64,000 nt of DNA from an uncultured Spirochaetota bacterium (lineage in GTDB: Bacteria > Spirochaetota > Spirochaetia > SZUA-6 > Fen-1364): positions 32,001 to 96,000 of the forward strand of contig CAWJSK010000019.1 of NCBI GenBank assembly GCA_963845535.1. Reading direction: 5' to 3'. A program made the translations under genes and the position numbers. Position 1 is the stretch's first letter, and each line of letters begins with the position of its first letter. Shown piece after piece: positions 30,386-43,900 of the stretch. The notes below the pieces were generated by a model. That model did not search any database. It saw only the letters and a list, made by a program, of their open reading frames with translations, and was not told where the DNA came from.

Positions 30386-31433
30386 GTGAAAAGGAAATGG
30401 CTTCTTGTTCTCGTGGTAGTGTTATTCGCTCTCGGCTCAGCAGCGGGCTTTGCAGCGCCAAAGCTGAAGGTAGTCCTCTATATAAACGGAACCCTCGGGG
30501 ACAAGTCGTTCTTCGATTCTGCGGACGCGCGGAGTGTAGAAGGCGGCCAAGGAGCTGCCCATCACGGCAAAGGTGATCGAAGGAACCTATGACTCTTCAC
30601 GCTGGGAACCTGACATCGCCCAGTTGTGTGAAGGAGACTGGGACCTCATCATCGCCGGAACGTGGGAGCTGCAGGAGGCGTTGGAGAAGTACGCTCCCCA
30701 GTACCCGAAAAAGAAGTTCATCACCTATGACAATTCGGTCACCTACGAGAAAGGGTGGTTTGGGCAACGTCTATTCCATCCTCTACAAGCAGAACGAAGG
30801 ATCGTTCCTCGGCGGGCGCTCTGGCGGCCATGGTGACCGAATTCCAGCATGCCGCTCGCCAACAAGCAGAAAGTCATCGGCTTCCTCGGCGGCATGGACA
30901 TCCCCGTCATCAATGACTTCAAGGTCGGATACGAGCAGGGCGTCAAGTACATCGACCCCTCCATCCAGGTGCTGGTGTCCTACGTCGGTTCCTGCCAGGA
31001 CGCCGCAAAGGGCAAGGAGCTGGCGCTGGCGCAGTACGACCAGGGCGCCGACATCGGATTCAACGTGGCAGGGCAGGCCGGCCTCGGGCTGCTGGACGCC
31101 GCCAAGGACAAGAAGCGCTATGCAATCGGGGTGGACTCAGACCAGTACCTGCATGGTCAAGGACAGCGACCCCGTGAAGGCATCCTTCATCGTGACCTCC
31201 ATGCAGAAGAACGTCGACAACTCCCTCTACCGGGCAATCAAGGGCACGCTGGACGGGACAATCAAGTACGGTGCGGCAGAGGCCCTGGGTTTCAAGGAAG
31301 GGCGGCATCAGCCTCTCGGAGAATGAGAACTACGTGAAGCTGGTTCCCGGCGGCCATGCGGGCCAGGATCGCGGCCATCCAGAAGAAGCTCGTGAGCGGC
31401 GCCATCAAGGTCGACACGGCCTTCGGCAAATAG
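30386..31433 (+). pseudogene. BMP family nucleoside ABC substrate-binding protein, about 6 frameshifts
   Basis: Fragments in alternating frames: [49 protein letters not shown]. Confidence 0.8.
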
Positions 31434-31516
31434 CAGATTTGCGGGCGGCCTTGAGCGCGGATTGGCTGTACGGCCAGTTCCGTGTCGGCCGCCCGATCGT
31501 TTTCCAGGCAACAACC

Positions 31517-33050
<1,534 letters not shown>

Positions 33051-33058
<8 letters not shown>

Positions 33059-34116
33059 GCTCATCCTGAGATATTTCACCCTGATCCGGACGCTGATTGC
33101 CATCCTGATAGGCGTGGCGCTGGCCGTCGGGCTGATCTTCATCGTCAGCAAGGACCCGGTCTTCTCCCTGAAGTCCTTCCTCCTTGCCCCGTTCCTCTCC
33201 CGCAGCCGGCTATCGAACATCCTGGAAGGCGCTTCCCCCATCATTTTCTGCGGCCTGGCCATAGCCGTTGCGTTCCAGGCAAAACAATTCAACGTCGGCG
33301 CTGAAGGCTCCCTGTATTTGGGCGCGGCGCTCGGCACGGCTTTTGCGGTGTCAACCAGCATGCCGGCGTACCTCCACATCCCGTTGACGCTCCTGGTGGC
33401 GGCCGCTGTAGGGGCAGCGTGGAACCTGCTCCCTGCCATTCTCAAGGCCAAGTGGAAGGCAAGCGAGCTCGTGTCCTCTCTCATGCTGAACTACGTGGGG
33501 TACTACGTCGGCCTGTACCTCATCAATTTCCACTTCCGGGACAAGCAGGCGGGGTTCCTCGTCTCCTACCATCTTCCCCAGACCGCGTGGCTCCAGCAGT
33601 TCCTGCCAGGGACGCGTTTGCACGCGGGCACCTTCCTGGCAATCCTGTGCGCCGTGCTGGTCTACTGGTACCTCTACCATTCCACCAGCGGCTACGAGAT
33701 CCGCATGACGGGGTTCAATGAGAAGTTCGCCCGGTTCGGCGGAATCAACGTCGTGAAGGTCATTGTCCTCTGCCAGCTCATCCTGGGCCTGCTTGCCGGG
33801 AATGGGGGGCATGACCGAGATCATGGGGATCCACAGGCGTTTCGACTGGCAGACGTCCCCCGGGTACGGATGGGATGGCGTGATCGTGGCCATCATCGGA
33901 AGAAACCACCCTCTGCTCATCATCGCCGCGTCCCTTTTCCTGTCCTATCTCCGCGTGGGCGGCCAGCAGCTCAACCTCATGAGCGACGTCCCCTATGAAA
34001 TGGTCATCGTGATCCAATCCATCATCATCCTGCTCATTACGGCGGAAGCGTTCCTCAGCCAGTGGAGATACCACGTCACCGTCCGACAGGCAGGCCGCCG
34101 GGGAACGCTCTCGTGA
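33051..34116 (+). CDS. Nucleoside ABC permease 1, frameshift at about 33800
   Basis: FNVGAEG and SGYEIRMTG in one frame; GYGWDGVIVAIIG in the next. Confidence 0.85.
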
Positions 34117-35147
34117 ATCCGCTCCTGAAGTCCATCATATCGACGGATTTCGGCTTCGCAACCCTCCGTGTGATGACGCCCCTTCTCCTGCCGGCTCTCG
34201 GGGTGGCAGTGTCAGGGCTTGCGGGCGCCTCCAACATCGCCCTGGAAGGAATTATGCTGGTTGCCGCGTGCGTCGGCGTGCTGGTCAGCGCATTCTCGCA
34301 CAGCCTGTGGCTGGCGCTGGTCATGGGGATTGCGGCGGGTGTCTCGATTGCCGCGCTGCTGGGCTATTTCCACCTGCGCCTGAAAGCGGACATCGTGCTT
34401 GCCGCCATCGCCTTGAACCTCTTTGCGTCAGGGATCACTATTTTCCTCCTTTTTATCACGACAGGCGATAAAGGCAGCTCCAGCTCCATTACGAGCCTCG
34501 TGTTTCCAAACGTGCAGATTCCTTTGCTAAGGTCCGTCCCCATCCTGGGACCCATCTTCAGCGGCCACAACGTGATGACCTATGTCTCATGGCTCTCCGT
34601 CGTCCTCTACTGGCTCATCACGTTCAAGACGCCGCTGGGCTTGCGGATCCGGGCCGTTGGCCAGAACCCTGACGCCGCCCAATCCGTGGGGATCAACGTG
34701 AACCGAATCCGCATGTACTCGCTCCTGCTTTCGGGGTTCTTCGGCGCCCTGGGCGGGCTCTACCTCTGCATGGGGTACCTGTCCTGGTTCTCCAGCGGCG
34801 TCACGGCGGGCAGGGGGTGGATTGCCGTTGCGGCCGCGAGCCTTGGCAATAACATGCCGCTGGGCACGTTCCTGTCATCCCTTCTGTTCGGCGTGGTGAA
34901 CGCCCTGGCAAACTATCTTGCCGTGCTGAAAGTCCCCTCCGAGTTCATCCAGATGATCCCGTACCTGGCCACGGTGATTGCGCTGGCCATCTACGCTGGG
35001 CAGGCAGCGCGCAAGCGGCAGGGCAGGACGGGGCTACCGGGAGCGCAGAGGGCGCGCGGCGGCCTCGTTCCGCCGGGACCACTGGCGGCGCACGGCAGCG
35101 ATGTTGCCTCTGAGGCAAACCCTGCGCGCGGCGGCCCGGCAAAGTGA
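34113..35147 (+). CDS. Nucleoside ABC permease 2
   Basis: NIALEGIML, TPLGLRIRAVGQNP, AGRGWIAVAA, MIPYLAT; atypical C-terminal tail. Confidence 0.88.
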   Translation: MNPLLKSIISTDFGFATLRVMTPLLLPALGVAVSGLAGASNIALEGIMLVAACVGVLVSAFSHSLWLALVMGIAAGVSIAALLGYFHLRLKADIVLAAIALNLFASGITIFLLFITTGDKGSSSSITSLVFPNVQIPLLRSVPILGPIFSGHNVMTYVSWLSVVLYWLITFKTPLGLRIRAVGQNPDAAQSVGINVNRIRMYSLLLSGFFGALGGLYLCMGYLSWFSSGVTAGRGWIAVAAASLGNNMPLGTFLSSLLFGVVNALANYLAVLKVPSEFIQMIPYLATVIALAIYAGQAARKRQGRTGLPGAQRARGGLVPPGPLAAHGSDVASEANPARGGPAK

Positions 35148-35155
35148 GGTCTTCA

Positions 35156-35638
35156 TGACGTGCGCTGCTGCGGGAGCTGACAATCGCCCCTATGATCCAC
35201 GGCGTTTCGGGGCTGGACGGCGCGGACCTACCGGACCCGGGCTTCGAAGGCGACGCCCGTCATTCCGTTGACTTCATCGCCCAGACCACCATGGGCTCCC
35301 GGGAGCCCATCACCCTTGTGCCCACGGGGCCGCCTACGAACGTGGCGCTCGCCTTGCCCAAGGAGCCCGGGCTGGCCCGGGCGGTTTCACGGATTGTCCT
35401 GATGGGCGGGGCTGTCCATGACGCCGTTGCACACCTGGTTCGGCCAGAAGTCATAAAGACCAGGCGCATGAACGTGGAGATCGAGACGGCGGGTGAGTTG
35501 ACGCGCGGCCGCACGGTGGCGGACGTGTACGGGATCTCCGGCAGGAAGCCGAATGTGGACGTTGCCCTCGAGGTGAATCAGCCCCTGTTCAAAGAGATGA
35601 TATTCAATGCGATAAAGAAGCTGGACGCGGCTCGGTAG
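35156..35638 (+). pseudogene. Deleted nucleoside hydrolase remnant
   Basis: IHGVSGLDG and TGPPTNVA present; LMGGAV joined directly to HDAVA; lacks the DxDxGxDD N-terminus and the AEFN segment. Confidence 0.75.
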
Positions 35639-35685
35639 GGTTGGCCCCTCAGTCGAGAGCCTGAGTTAGACGCCTGATGGCGCCC

Positions 35686-37092
35686 TCACGGCAACGTTAT
35701 TTGCACCCACTCCACTGCTCCTGCGAGCACGTACCTGTTCAAGACCCCGCCTAACGTGATCACCGCAGGGTTGCTTGGGGCACCTCCTGAGTTCGGAAGG
35801 TTATTCCCAGCGTTGTACGGCGTGTCCGTGCTGTTGATGACGCCTGGGAACGTGTAGGTGGTGGTAGGCGAGGTCAATACAGTTACAGCATATGCGCCTG
35901 TGGCTGAGGTTGTGCTCCCGCTGATTCGAATGTAAAGGACGGTGCCGGAAGGCAGGGGCTGAGCGGGCTTGTAGTCGATATAGGCAAAGTTCGCTTGATT
36001 GCCGTCCGGATTGCTGCCCGAGATATCCGAGGCGAGCGCGCCCGTGGTCGGGCTTGACCAGGGGTCCGCTGAGCTGACGACTCCAGACTGGCTGAAGAGC
36101 TCCATGTATTGGAACTGGCTGGTAAACGTCCCTGCGCTGAGCGGGTAGTAGGTGTCAATGACGATCTCAGAATACGTCGTGGTCGTCGATTGAACCGGCG
36201 TTATAACTATCCCTCCATTTTGGGAGATTGTCGCGTTTGCGGCTTCCCCGTCCTGGTCGGTCCCCGTGACGACGTAGTCATTGTTCGCTTTATCGAAATG
36301 AACGGCTGTTGCCATGATCAAATAGGACTGCAGCCTGTCAAGGAAGAATATCTTCAGTTGCGTCAGGAAGCTGGGAAACGGCATGGCCCAGTGGGGATGG
36401 AAGCTCCGTGGCTTGCTCGAGGTCTGCAATGTGCCAATGATGAACGGAGAAGAAACACGGACATGCTTTCCGTGAGAAGCATTCTGGACTTTCCAATATA
36501 CCCCAACAGTCGTTCCTGCAGGGATCGAAAAGCGTCCCCAGGTGAACCCTTTGGCGTTTTCTGCATACCCGACGATTATCCGGCCGTCTTCGCTGACGGC
36601 TGTTGTGTGGTACACCCATCCGAAATGGGTATGCATGCCGTCAGGAAACTGGCCCTGTTCGGGGGCAAGGAGGCCCTTTGTGCCGGTTTCTTCATTCTGA
36701 ACGAGATGGATGCTGTCATCCGAATCGATCTCCCACACTCCGGCATTGCCGTCATCCCTCTGGCCGACAACGACCATCTTGACCGGCAGTGCATCAGGGT
36801 CTCCCGTTTGCTGGACTGAAGCGTAGCCGGATGAATAGACGCAACGGACCGCAGGGCCATCCGTGCCTGCCGTTGTCTGGACGACTACCTTTACACCAGA
36901 TCCATTAACGTACATTGCCTGATTGCTCGAGGGATCATTCACAACTGTAAGGGGGGTGGTGGTTTCGGTGCCACCGGTCGGTGTTGCGGGAGTTGAGGGC
37001 TTCTGCGACCCCACCCCGACCTGGGTCGGGGAACATGACGCAAAGAGGAGACTGACAGCGACGGTACAAATCAGCGCAAATGTGGTTTTCAT
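35686..37092 (-). CDS. Lipoprotein (468 aa) with a C-terminal beta-rich domain shared with its neighbour
   Basis: MKTTFALICTVAVSLLFASC lipobox; Pro/Thr linker; C-terminal about 165 aa nearly identical to the upstream lipoprotein. Confidence 0.8.
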   Translation of the reverse strand: MKTTFALICTVAVSLLFASCSPTQVGVGSQKPSTPATPTGGTETTTPLTVVNDPSSNQAMYVNGSGVKVVVQTTAGTDGPAVRCVYSSGYASVQQTGDPDALPVKMVVVGQRDDGNAGVWEIDSDDSIHLVQNEETGTKGLLAPEQGQFPDGMHTHFGWVYHTTAVSEDGRIIVGYAENAKGFTWGRFSIPAGTTVGVYWKVQNASHGKHVRVSSPFIIGTLQTSSKPRSFHPHWAMPFPSFLTQLKIFFLDRLQSYLIMATAVHFDKANNDYVVTGTDQDGEAANATISQNGGIVITPVQSTTTTYSEIVIDTYYPLSAGTFTSQFQYMELFSQSGVVSSADPWSSPTTGALASDISGSNPDGNQANFAYIDYKPAQPLPSGTVLYIRISGSTTSATGAYAVTVLTSPTTTYTFPGVINSTDTPYNAGNNLPNSGGAPSNPAVITLGGVLNRYVLAGAVEWVQITLP

Positions 37093-37645
37093 GCCTGGCA
37101 CCTCAACTCTGACTCTGAACTTGGAGGAATCGACTAGATTATACCCCACGAAGAGAAATACGACAATCTTACGGAAGCGTTATTTTTACCCACTCGACAT
37201 CGCCCGCAATCAAATACCTGTTCAAGGCGCCGCCCAACGTGATAACCGCAGGGTTGCTCGGGACCCCTCCTGAGGTTGGAAGGTTATTCCCAGCGTTGTA
37301 CGGCGTGTCCGTGCTGTTGATGACGCCTGGGAACGTGTAGGTGGTGGTAGGCGAGGTCAATACAGTTACAGCATATGCGCCTGTGGCTGAGGTTGTGCTC
37401 CCGCTGATTCGAATGTAAAGGACGGTGCCGGAAGGCAGGGGCTGAGCGGGCTTGTAGTCGATATAGGCAAAGTTCGCTTGATTGCCGTCCGGATTGCTGC
37501 CCGAGATATCCGAGGCGAGCGCGCCCGTGGTCGGGCTTGACCAGGGGTCCGCTGAGCTGACGACTCCAGACTGGCTGAAGAGCTCCATGTATTGGAACTG
37601 GCTGGTAAACGTCCCTGCGCTGAGCGGGTAGTAGGTGTCAATGAC
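35795..37645. repeat. 368-bp identical direct repeat (35795-36162 and 37278-37645)
   Basis: Base-by-base comparison at offset 1483; the flanks are homologous but diverged. Confidence 0.9.
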
Positions 37646-37750
37646 AATCTCGGAGTAGGATGTTGCAGAAGGTGGATTAGTGCAAAACACAAGCGCCAGA
37701 GGAAGGAGAGCAATGAAAAAAGTCCGCAAAAATCTCATGTAGTTTGCCAA
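37169..37750 (-). CDS. Small lipoprotein consisting of the shared beta-rich domain
   Basis: RFLRTFFIALLPLALVFC lipobox-like signal; AGAGGG RBS before TTG. Confidence 0.78.
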   Translation of the reverse strand: MANYMRFLRTFFIALLPLALVFCTNPPSATSYSEIVIDTYYPLSAGTFTSQFQYMELFSQSGVVSSADPWSSPTTGALASDISGSNPDGNQANFAYIDYKPAQPLPSGTVLYIRISGSTTSATGAYAVTVLTSPTTTYTFPGVINSTDTPYNAGNNLPTSGGVPSNPAVITLGGALNRYLIAGDVEWVKITLP

Positions 37751-37917
37751 TTTTCCCTCTTTATGTATTATGACAATGATAGCATAGTCAGAATGTCAGC
37801 ATTTTTCAAATGTTATGGAGATCGACGGATGATCAAACAGGGCAATGATGGAGCCAGCATCTGCCAGTTGGGCACTGAGCGCTATCGTGCTATATTCCTG
37901 TCGGAGAGGGAAATAAG

Positions 37918-40900
37918 TTGGCCAGGGTGCTAAGAACGCCAGTTCTCATTACGCTCTTTGTCTGTTCCTCCCTTCCCATTTTCGCAATTGCCTACAACTG
38001 GACCAACAACGCCGGACTGGGCGATTTTCTCTGGACAACCACTACCAACTGGGCTCCCAACGGCACTCCGGGCAACGGTGACAGCGTAACGATCTCAAAC
38101 GGGGATACCGTAAAGCTCAATACCCTCAGTGGAAGCACGGGAAACCTTGTTCAGCTTGTGGTGTCAGGCGGCAGCGGGATTAATGGCACCAACAATGCTG
38201 GAACCGCGGCAGCAGCGCAGCTCCTTGGCGTACGCACCACGGTAACCCTCTCGGGGACCGGCACCATTGGCGCCACAATCACCATGCAAGCCACTGCCGC
38301 CACGACATTTACCTGCTCAATTTCGAATTTTAACGCTCTTTTCAAGGTGTCAAACGCCATCACGGTGACCCTGGGAGGCCCCGCAACCCTGGCTGGCGGC
38401 AGCATTCAGTTCTCCCTCGGAACGCTCACCACTAACAATTTCGACATATCGTTGGGCGGAAACTGGAGCTTTGCCGGTGCCACGGCGTTCAACGTCGGAA
38501 CGAGCACAGTGACCTTTAGCGGGCCCGGCGCCCAGACAGTCGACACCGGCGGCTTTCCGTTCGCCAGCCTGACCAAAAGCGGCAGCAGCACCTTGTCGGT
38601 GTTGAACAATCAGCTGACGGTGACCGGAACTCTCACGACGAGCACAGCGACAGACGTCGTGGATATGGGTACGCAGAACTTCAACCTAGGAGCCCTGTCA
38701 AATACGGGAACGATTGCCCTGGATGGAATCCAGCCAACGCAGACCATTACGGCCATGGACACTGCGAAAGGCACCGTGAACTACTATGGCACTTTAGCAG
38801 GCACAATACCGCTTCTCCTCCATACCTTCTACAACCTGACCATCAGCGGCGGCGGTCCTCGAGTTTTTTCTCTGAATTACCTTGCGACTTTTGTGAACAA
38901 CCTTCTTACGATCACCTCCGGCAGTACGTTGACAATGGGAACCTTTGCGGGCGCCGGACCCAATACCGTAATTTTGACCGTGGGAACTGCGCCCACCAGT
39001 GGGAGCCTGGCTGTCACGGGGACCCTGGATTGTACTGGTGTTGCCCCCACGTCGACGACCGGGGGCGCCTACTTGATCCTGGTCAACGGAACCACGACGA
39101 TAAACACGGGTGGAGACATAAAGACGGGCAACAATACGCTCTACCTCAGTGACGCGAACGGCCTCGGTGGAAGTCTCGTCATGGCGGGAGGCACACTGGA
39201 TTTTCACTTGGCAACCAACACCGCAAATACGACGATCGGAACAGGGGCAATCAGCGGAACCGGGATCATCAACGCTAGTGGCCAGGGCACTATCCGGCCC
39301 CAGGGCAACGTCACGTTGACAGGCCTCACCTACACGCCAGGACAAACGCGTCTTACGTTTGCCGGGGGGACCTCCGGCTCTCCTCTTGTATTCACCCCGG
39401 GTACAGCGTCGGTTGATAGCATCCGGATCGGAAGCGGGACGCTCGCTGTGGGCTCGGTTGTAAAAGTTTCGGGCGCTACCCTCAACCTGACGGGAAATGT
39501 GTCCTCCAATGGCGCCATCTCCTGCGGCTCGAATGCAGGGGGTGTCACTTCGAGCCTGGACGTGACGGGCGTAACAGTGACCGTTGGTGCCGCCCAGGCT
39601 GGCGGAGGGGACGTTGATTTTACTGTGGCTCCGGGAGCCGCGTTGAGTACGTTCATCTCAACCGGCTCCACATTTATTTTCTCCGGGACTAACGCGCAAG
39701 CCCTGAACTCCAATTCACTGTCGTTCAACAACCTCCAGGTTGGCGCGACGGGAGCTCTTACGCTGAGCGCCAGTATCACCTTGACCGGCGACCTCTCCAA
39801 CAATCTCGGCGGGTCATTGAACACCACAGCGAACTCAACTACCGTCACTTTCGCTCCGACAGGCCTCTCCACCGCCTACAATGTCCTTCACCCGGGCCTC
39901 TCTGCGTCTCCTGCGGCGATGATTTCGGGAACCAACACATTCTTCAATTTCACCTGCAACACGGTCCCGGGGGCAACGCTCTATTTCACCTCAGGCAACA
40001 CAACAACCGTGAACAACGCCTGGACGATTGCGGGGACCAGCGGGAACCTGGTCTCCCTGCTCAGCTCGAACTTCGGCAGCCAGTGGACAATCAGCATTGC
40101 CGGTACATCGAGTGTCTCGTATGCATACGTTCAAGACAGCAGCGTGAGCGGGGCGAACAACATAAGCCCCACGACGAGTACAAATGCCGGCAACAACAAG
40201 ACAGCGGTAGCTCCCCGATGGATTTTCTCCGCGGGTTCGCTTACGTGGGTTGGTGCGACAAGTAACAATTGGAATGTCGCCAGCAACTGGGACCTGGGCT
40301 ATATTCCCGGCCCTCAGGACAATGTCACTATCAGCGGAAGCAATCCTGCCAAGCTGTTCTCAGCGGTTTCCGTTAGTTCGATCCTGATAACGACCGGGAC
40401 CCTCGACCTTTCGAATTTCAATTTGCCCCTCCTCACTTCTTCCGGAGCTGCCGGCAGCTTCACCCTGCAGGCAGGAGGCACGTTGCTGCTGGATGGCGGT
40501 CAGGCCACGCTCACGTTCGGTTCCGCGCCAGTGCTTTCGGGTACTGTCGAGTACTATGGAACTGGCACCACGGGGCTGATCCTAGGAAACACCTACGTAA
40601 ATCTGGAGTTCGCCAATGCCGGAACGTGGACACTGAACGCGCCACTCAGCGTAACCGGGACCTTTTCGTATCCCAGCGGAAGTCCCAAGGTCAAATTAAG
40701 TGGCAATAACATGACGGTTGGTGGGAGCCTGACCGCGCCGGGAACCCTTGACGCTTCTGGTGGCGGCAACGTCACCGCGGCCGGAAATGTCGATTTTACC
40801 GGGGGCACTTTCACAAGCGGCGCCGGGGCTTTCATCTTCGACGGGACCAGCACCCTCACAACAGCTGGGAACCCTTTCAGCAACGTACAGATCGGGACAG

Positions 40901-43900
40901 CGACCGTTGGCGGGTCACTGGCGCTGGCGGACAATCTGACGTTGACGGGGACGCTGACGTTCCAGACCGGCGGTGCCACGACGTTGAATGTGGGCAATGT
41001 GACGGTGACGCTGGGCCCTGCGGCGCTGAACATGACGAATCTGACGACCTTCACCACGGGCGGCAGCTCGACGTTTGTGTTCGACGGGACGACAAGTCTG
41101 ACGAGCGCTACCAAGGTATTCAACAACATCGAGATTGGCAACACAACCACGGCAGGGTCGCTGACGCTGGCAGGGAATCTGACGCTGACAGGCGCGATCA
41201 CGGTAGGGACGTTTGCGGGGTCAGTGTTCAACGTGGGCGGGTTCACGGTGACGGTGGGTGGCAACGTGACGCTGACCAACCTGGTGCCGGCGAACTTCAC
41301 GAGTGCTGGCTCGACGTTCATCTTCGACGGGACCTCCACGCTGACGACGGCAGGAGGCACATTCAGCAACGTACAGATCGGGACAGCGACCGTTGGCGGG
41401 TCACTGGCGCTGGCGGACAATTTAACGTTGACGGGGACGCTGACGTTCCAGACCGGCGGTGCCACGACGTTGAATGTGGGCAATGTGACGGTGACGCTGG
41501 GCCCTGCGGCGCTGAACATGACGAATCTGACGACCTTCACCACGGGCGGCAGCTCGACGTTTGTGTTTGACGGGACGACAAGTCTGACGAGCGCTACCAA
41601 GGTATTCAACAATATCGAGATTGGCAACACAACCACGGCAGGGTCGCTGACACTCGTTGATAACCTGACTCTGACGGGTGCCATCAGCATCGGAACTACT
41701 GCGGGGTCGACATTTGTTGTGACCAACCGCACAGTGACGGTGGGTGGCAACGTGACGCTGACCAACCTGGTGCCGGCGAACTTCACGAGTGCTGGCTCGA
41801 CATTCATCTTCGACGGGACCTCCACGCTGACGACGGCAGGAGGCACATTCAACAACGTACAGATCGGGACAGCGACCGTTGGCGGGTCACTGGCGCTGGC
41901 GGACAATCTGACGTTGACGGGGACGCTGACGTTCCAGACCGGCGGTGCTACGACGTTGAATGTGGGCAATGTGACGGTGACGCTGGGCCCTGCGGCGCTG
42001 AACATGACGAATCTGACGACCTTCACCACGGGCGGCAGCTCGACGTTTGTGTTCGACGGGACGACAAGTCTGACGAGCGCTACCAAGGTATTCAACAACA
42101 TCGAGATTGGCAACACAACCACGGCAGGGTCGCTGACGCTCGTTGATAACCTGACTCTGACGGGTGCCATCAGCATCGGAACTACTGCGGGGTCGACATT
42201 TGTTGTGACCAACCGCACAGTGACGGTGGGCGGCAACGTCACGTTCACCGCGAGCTTGACCGCCTTCACCAGTGGCGGCTCGACATTCATCTTCGATGGG
42301 AGCTCCACGCTGACGACGGCAGGAGGCACATTCAGCAACGTACAGATCGGGACAGCGACCGTTGGCGGGTCACTGGCGCTGGCGGACAATCTGACGTTGA
42401 CGGGGACGCTGACGTTCCAGACCGGCGGTGCCACGACGTTGAATGTGGGCAATGTGACGGTGACGCTGGGCCCTGCGGCGCTGAACATGACGAATCTGAC
42501 GACCTTCACCACGGGCGGCAGCTCGACGTTTGTGTTCGACGGGACGACAAGTCTGACGAGCGCTACCAAGGTATTCAACAACATCGAGATTGGCAACACA
42601 ACCACGGCAGGGTCGCTGACGCTGGCAGGGAATCTGACGCTGACAGGCGCGATCACGGTAGGGACGTTTGCGGGGTCAGTGTTCAACGTGGGCGGGTTCA
42701 CGGTGACGGTGGGTGGCAACGTGATGCTGACCAACCTGGTGCCGGCGAACTTCACGAGTGCTGGCTCGACGTTCATCTTCGACGGGACCTCCACGCTGAC
42801 GACGGCAGGAGGCACATTCAACAACATCGAGATTGGCAACACAACCACGGCAGGGTCGCTGACACTCGTTGATAACCTGACTCTGACGGGTGCCATCAGC
42901 ATCGGAACTACTGCGGGGTCGACATTTGTTGTGACCAACCGCACAGTGACGGTGGGTGGCAACGTGACGCTGACCAACCTGGTGCCGGCGAACTTCACGA
43001 GTGCTGGCTCGACGTTCATCTTCGACGGGACCTCCACGCTGACGACGGCAGGAGGCACATTCAACAACGTACAGATCGGGACAGCGACCGTTGGCGGGTC
43101 ACTGGCGCTGGCGGACAATCTGACGTTGACGGGGACGCTGACGTTCCAGACCGGCGGTGCTACGACGTTGAATGTGGGCAATGTGACGGTGACGCTGGGC
43201 CCTGCGGCGCTGAACATGACGAATCTGACGACCTTCACCACGGGCGGCAGCTCGACGTTTGTGTTTGACGGGACGACAAGTCTGACGAGCGCTACCAAGG
43301 TATTCAACAATATCGAGATTGGCAACACAACCACGGCAGGGTCGCTGACACTCGTTGATAACCTGACTCTGACGGGTGCCATCAGCATCGGAACTACTGC
43401 GGGGTCGACATTTGTTGTGACCAACCGCACAGTGACGGTGGGCGGCAACGTCACGTTCACCGCGAGCTTGACCGCCTTCACCAGTGGCGGCTCGACATTC
43501 ATATTCGACGGGACCACCACCCTTGCGAGCACTGGGAAGACCTTCAACAACATCCAGGTCGGAACCGCAACGCTGGCAGCTGCCGTCACCCTTGGAGACA
43601 ACGCCGCTCTTGCGAACGCTAGCGGCGTGCTCTCGATGACGCAAGGGGCTTTGGACCTGAACGGTCATACCCTTGTCTTGGGAACGGCGCTGAACATGAA
43701 CTCAGCCACGGTTGCCCAGATCACTGTTGGCACGGGGACTCTTGACGGCACGACCAATGGGAGAGCCATCACGATCAGCAGCGCACAGGCTACAATCACA
43801 CAGACTGCCGGCACTTTGAAGGCGCCTTCCCTGACGGTGAGCAACGGCACGTACACGCAAACGGGAGCTTTGGCAGGGACGGTGACACTTGGAACGGGAG

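Noticed and set aside
30092..30592. Fusion of the nucleoside hydrolase C-terminus to the BMP signal peptide
   Set aside because: The BMP gene has its own GGAGG RBS and GTG at 30386; the read-through is best explained by a missing base near 30350.
35686..37750. Diversity-generating retroelement (TR/VR pair)
   Set aside because: Differences between copies are largely synonymous and not adenine-specific, both copies are intact genes, and no reverse transcriptase is in the window.
40593..43601. 1002-aa antisense ORF
   Set aside because: Shadow of the repetitive Thr/Gly-rich sense gene; no independent start signals.
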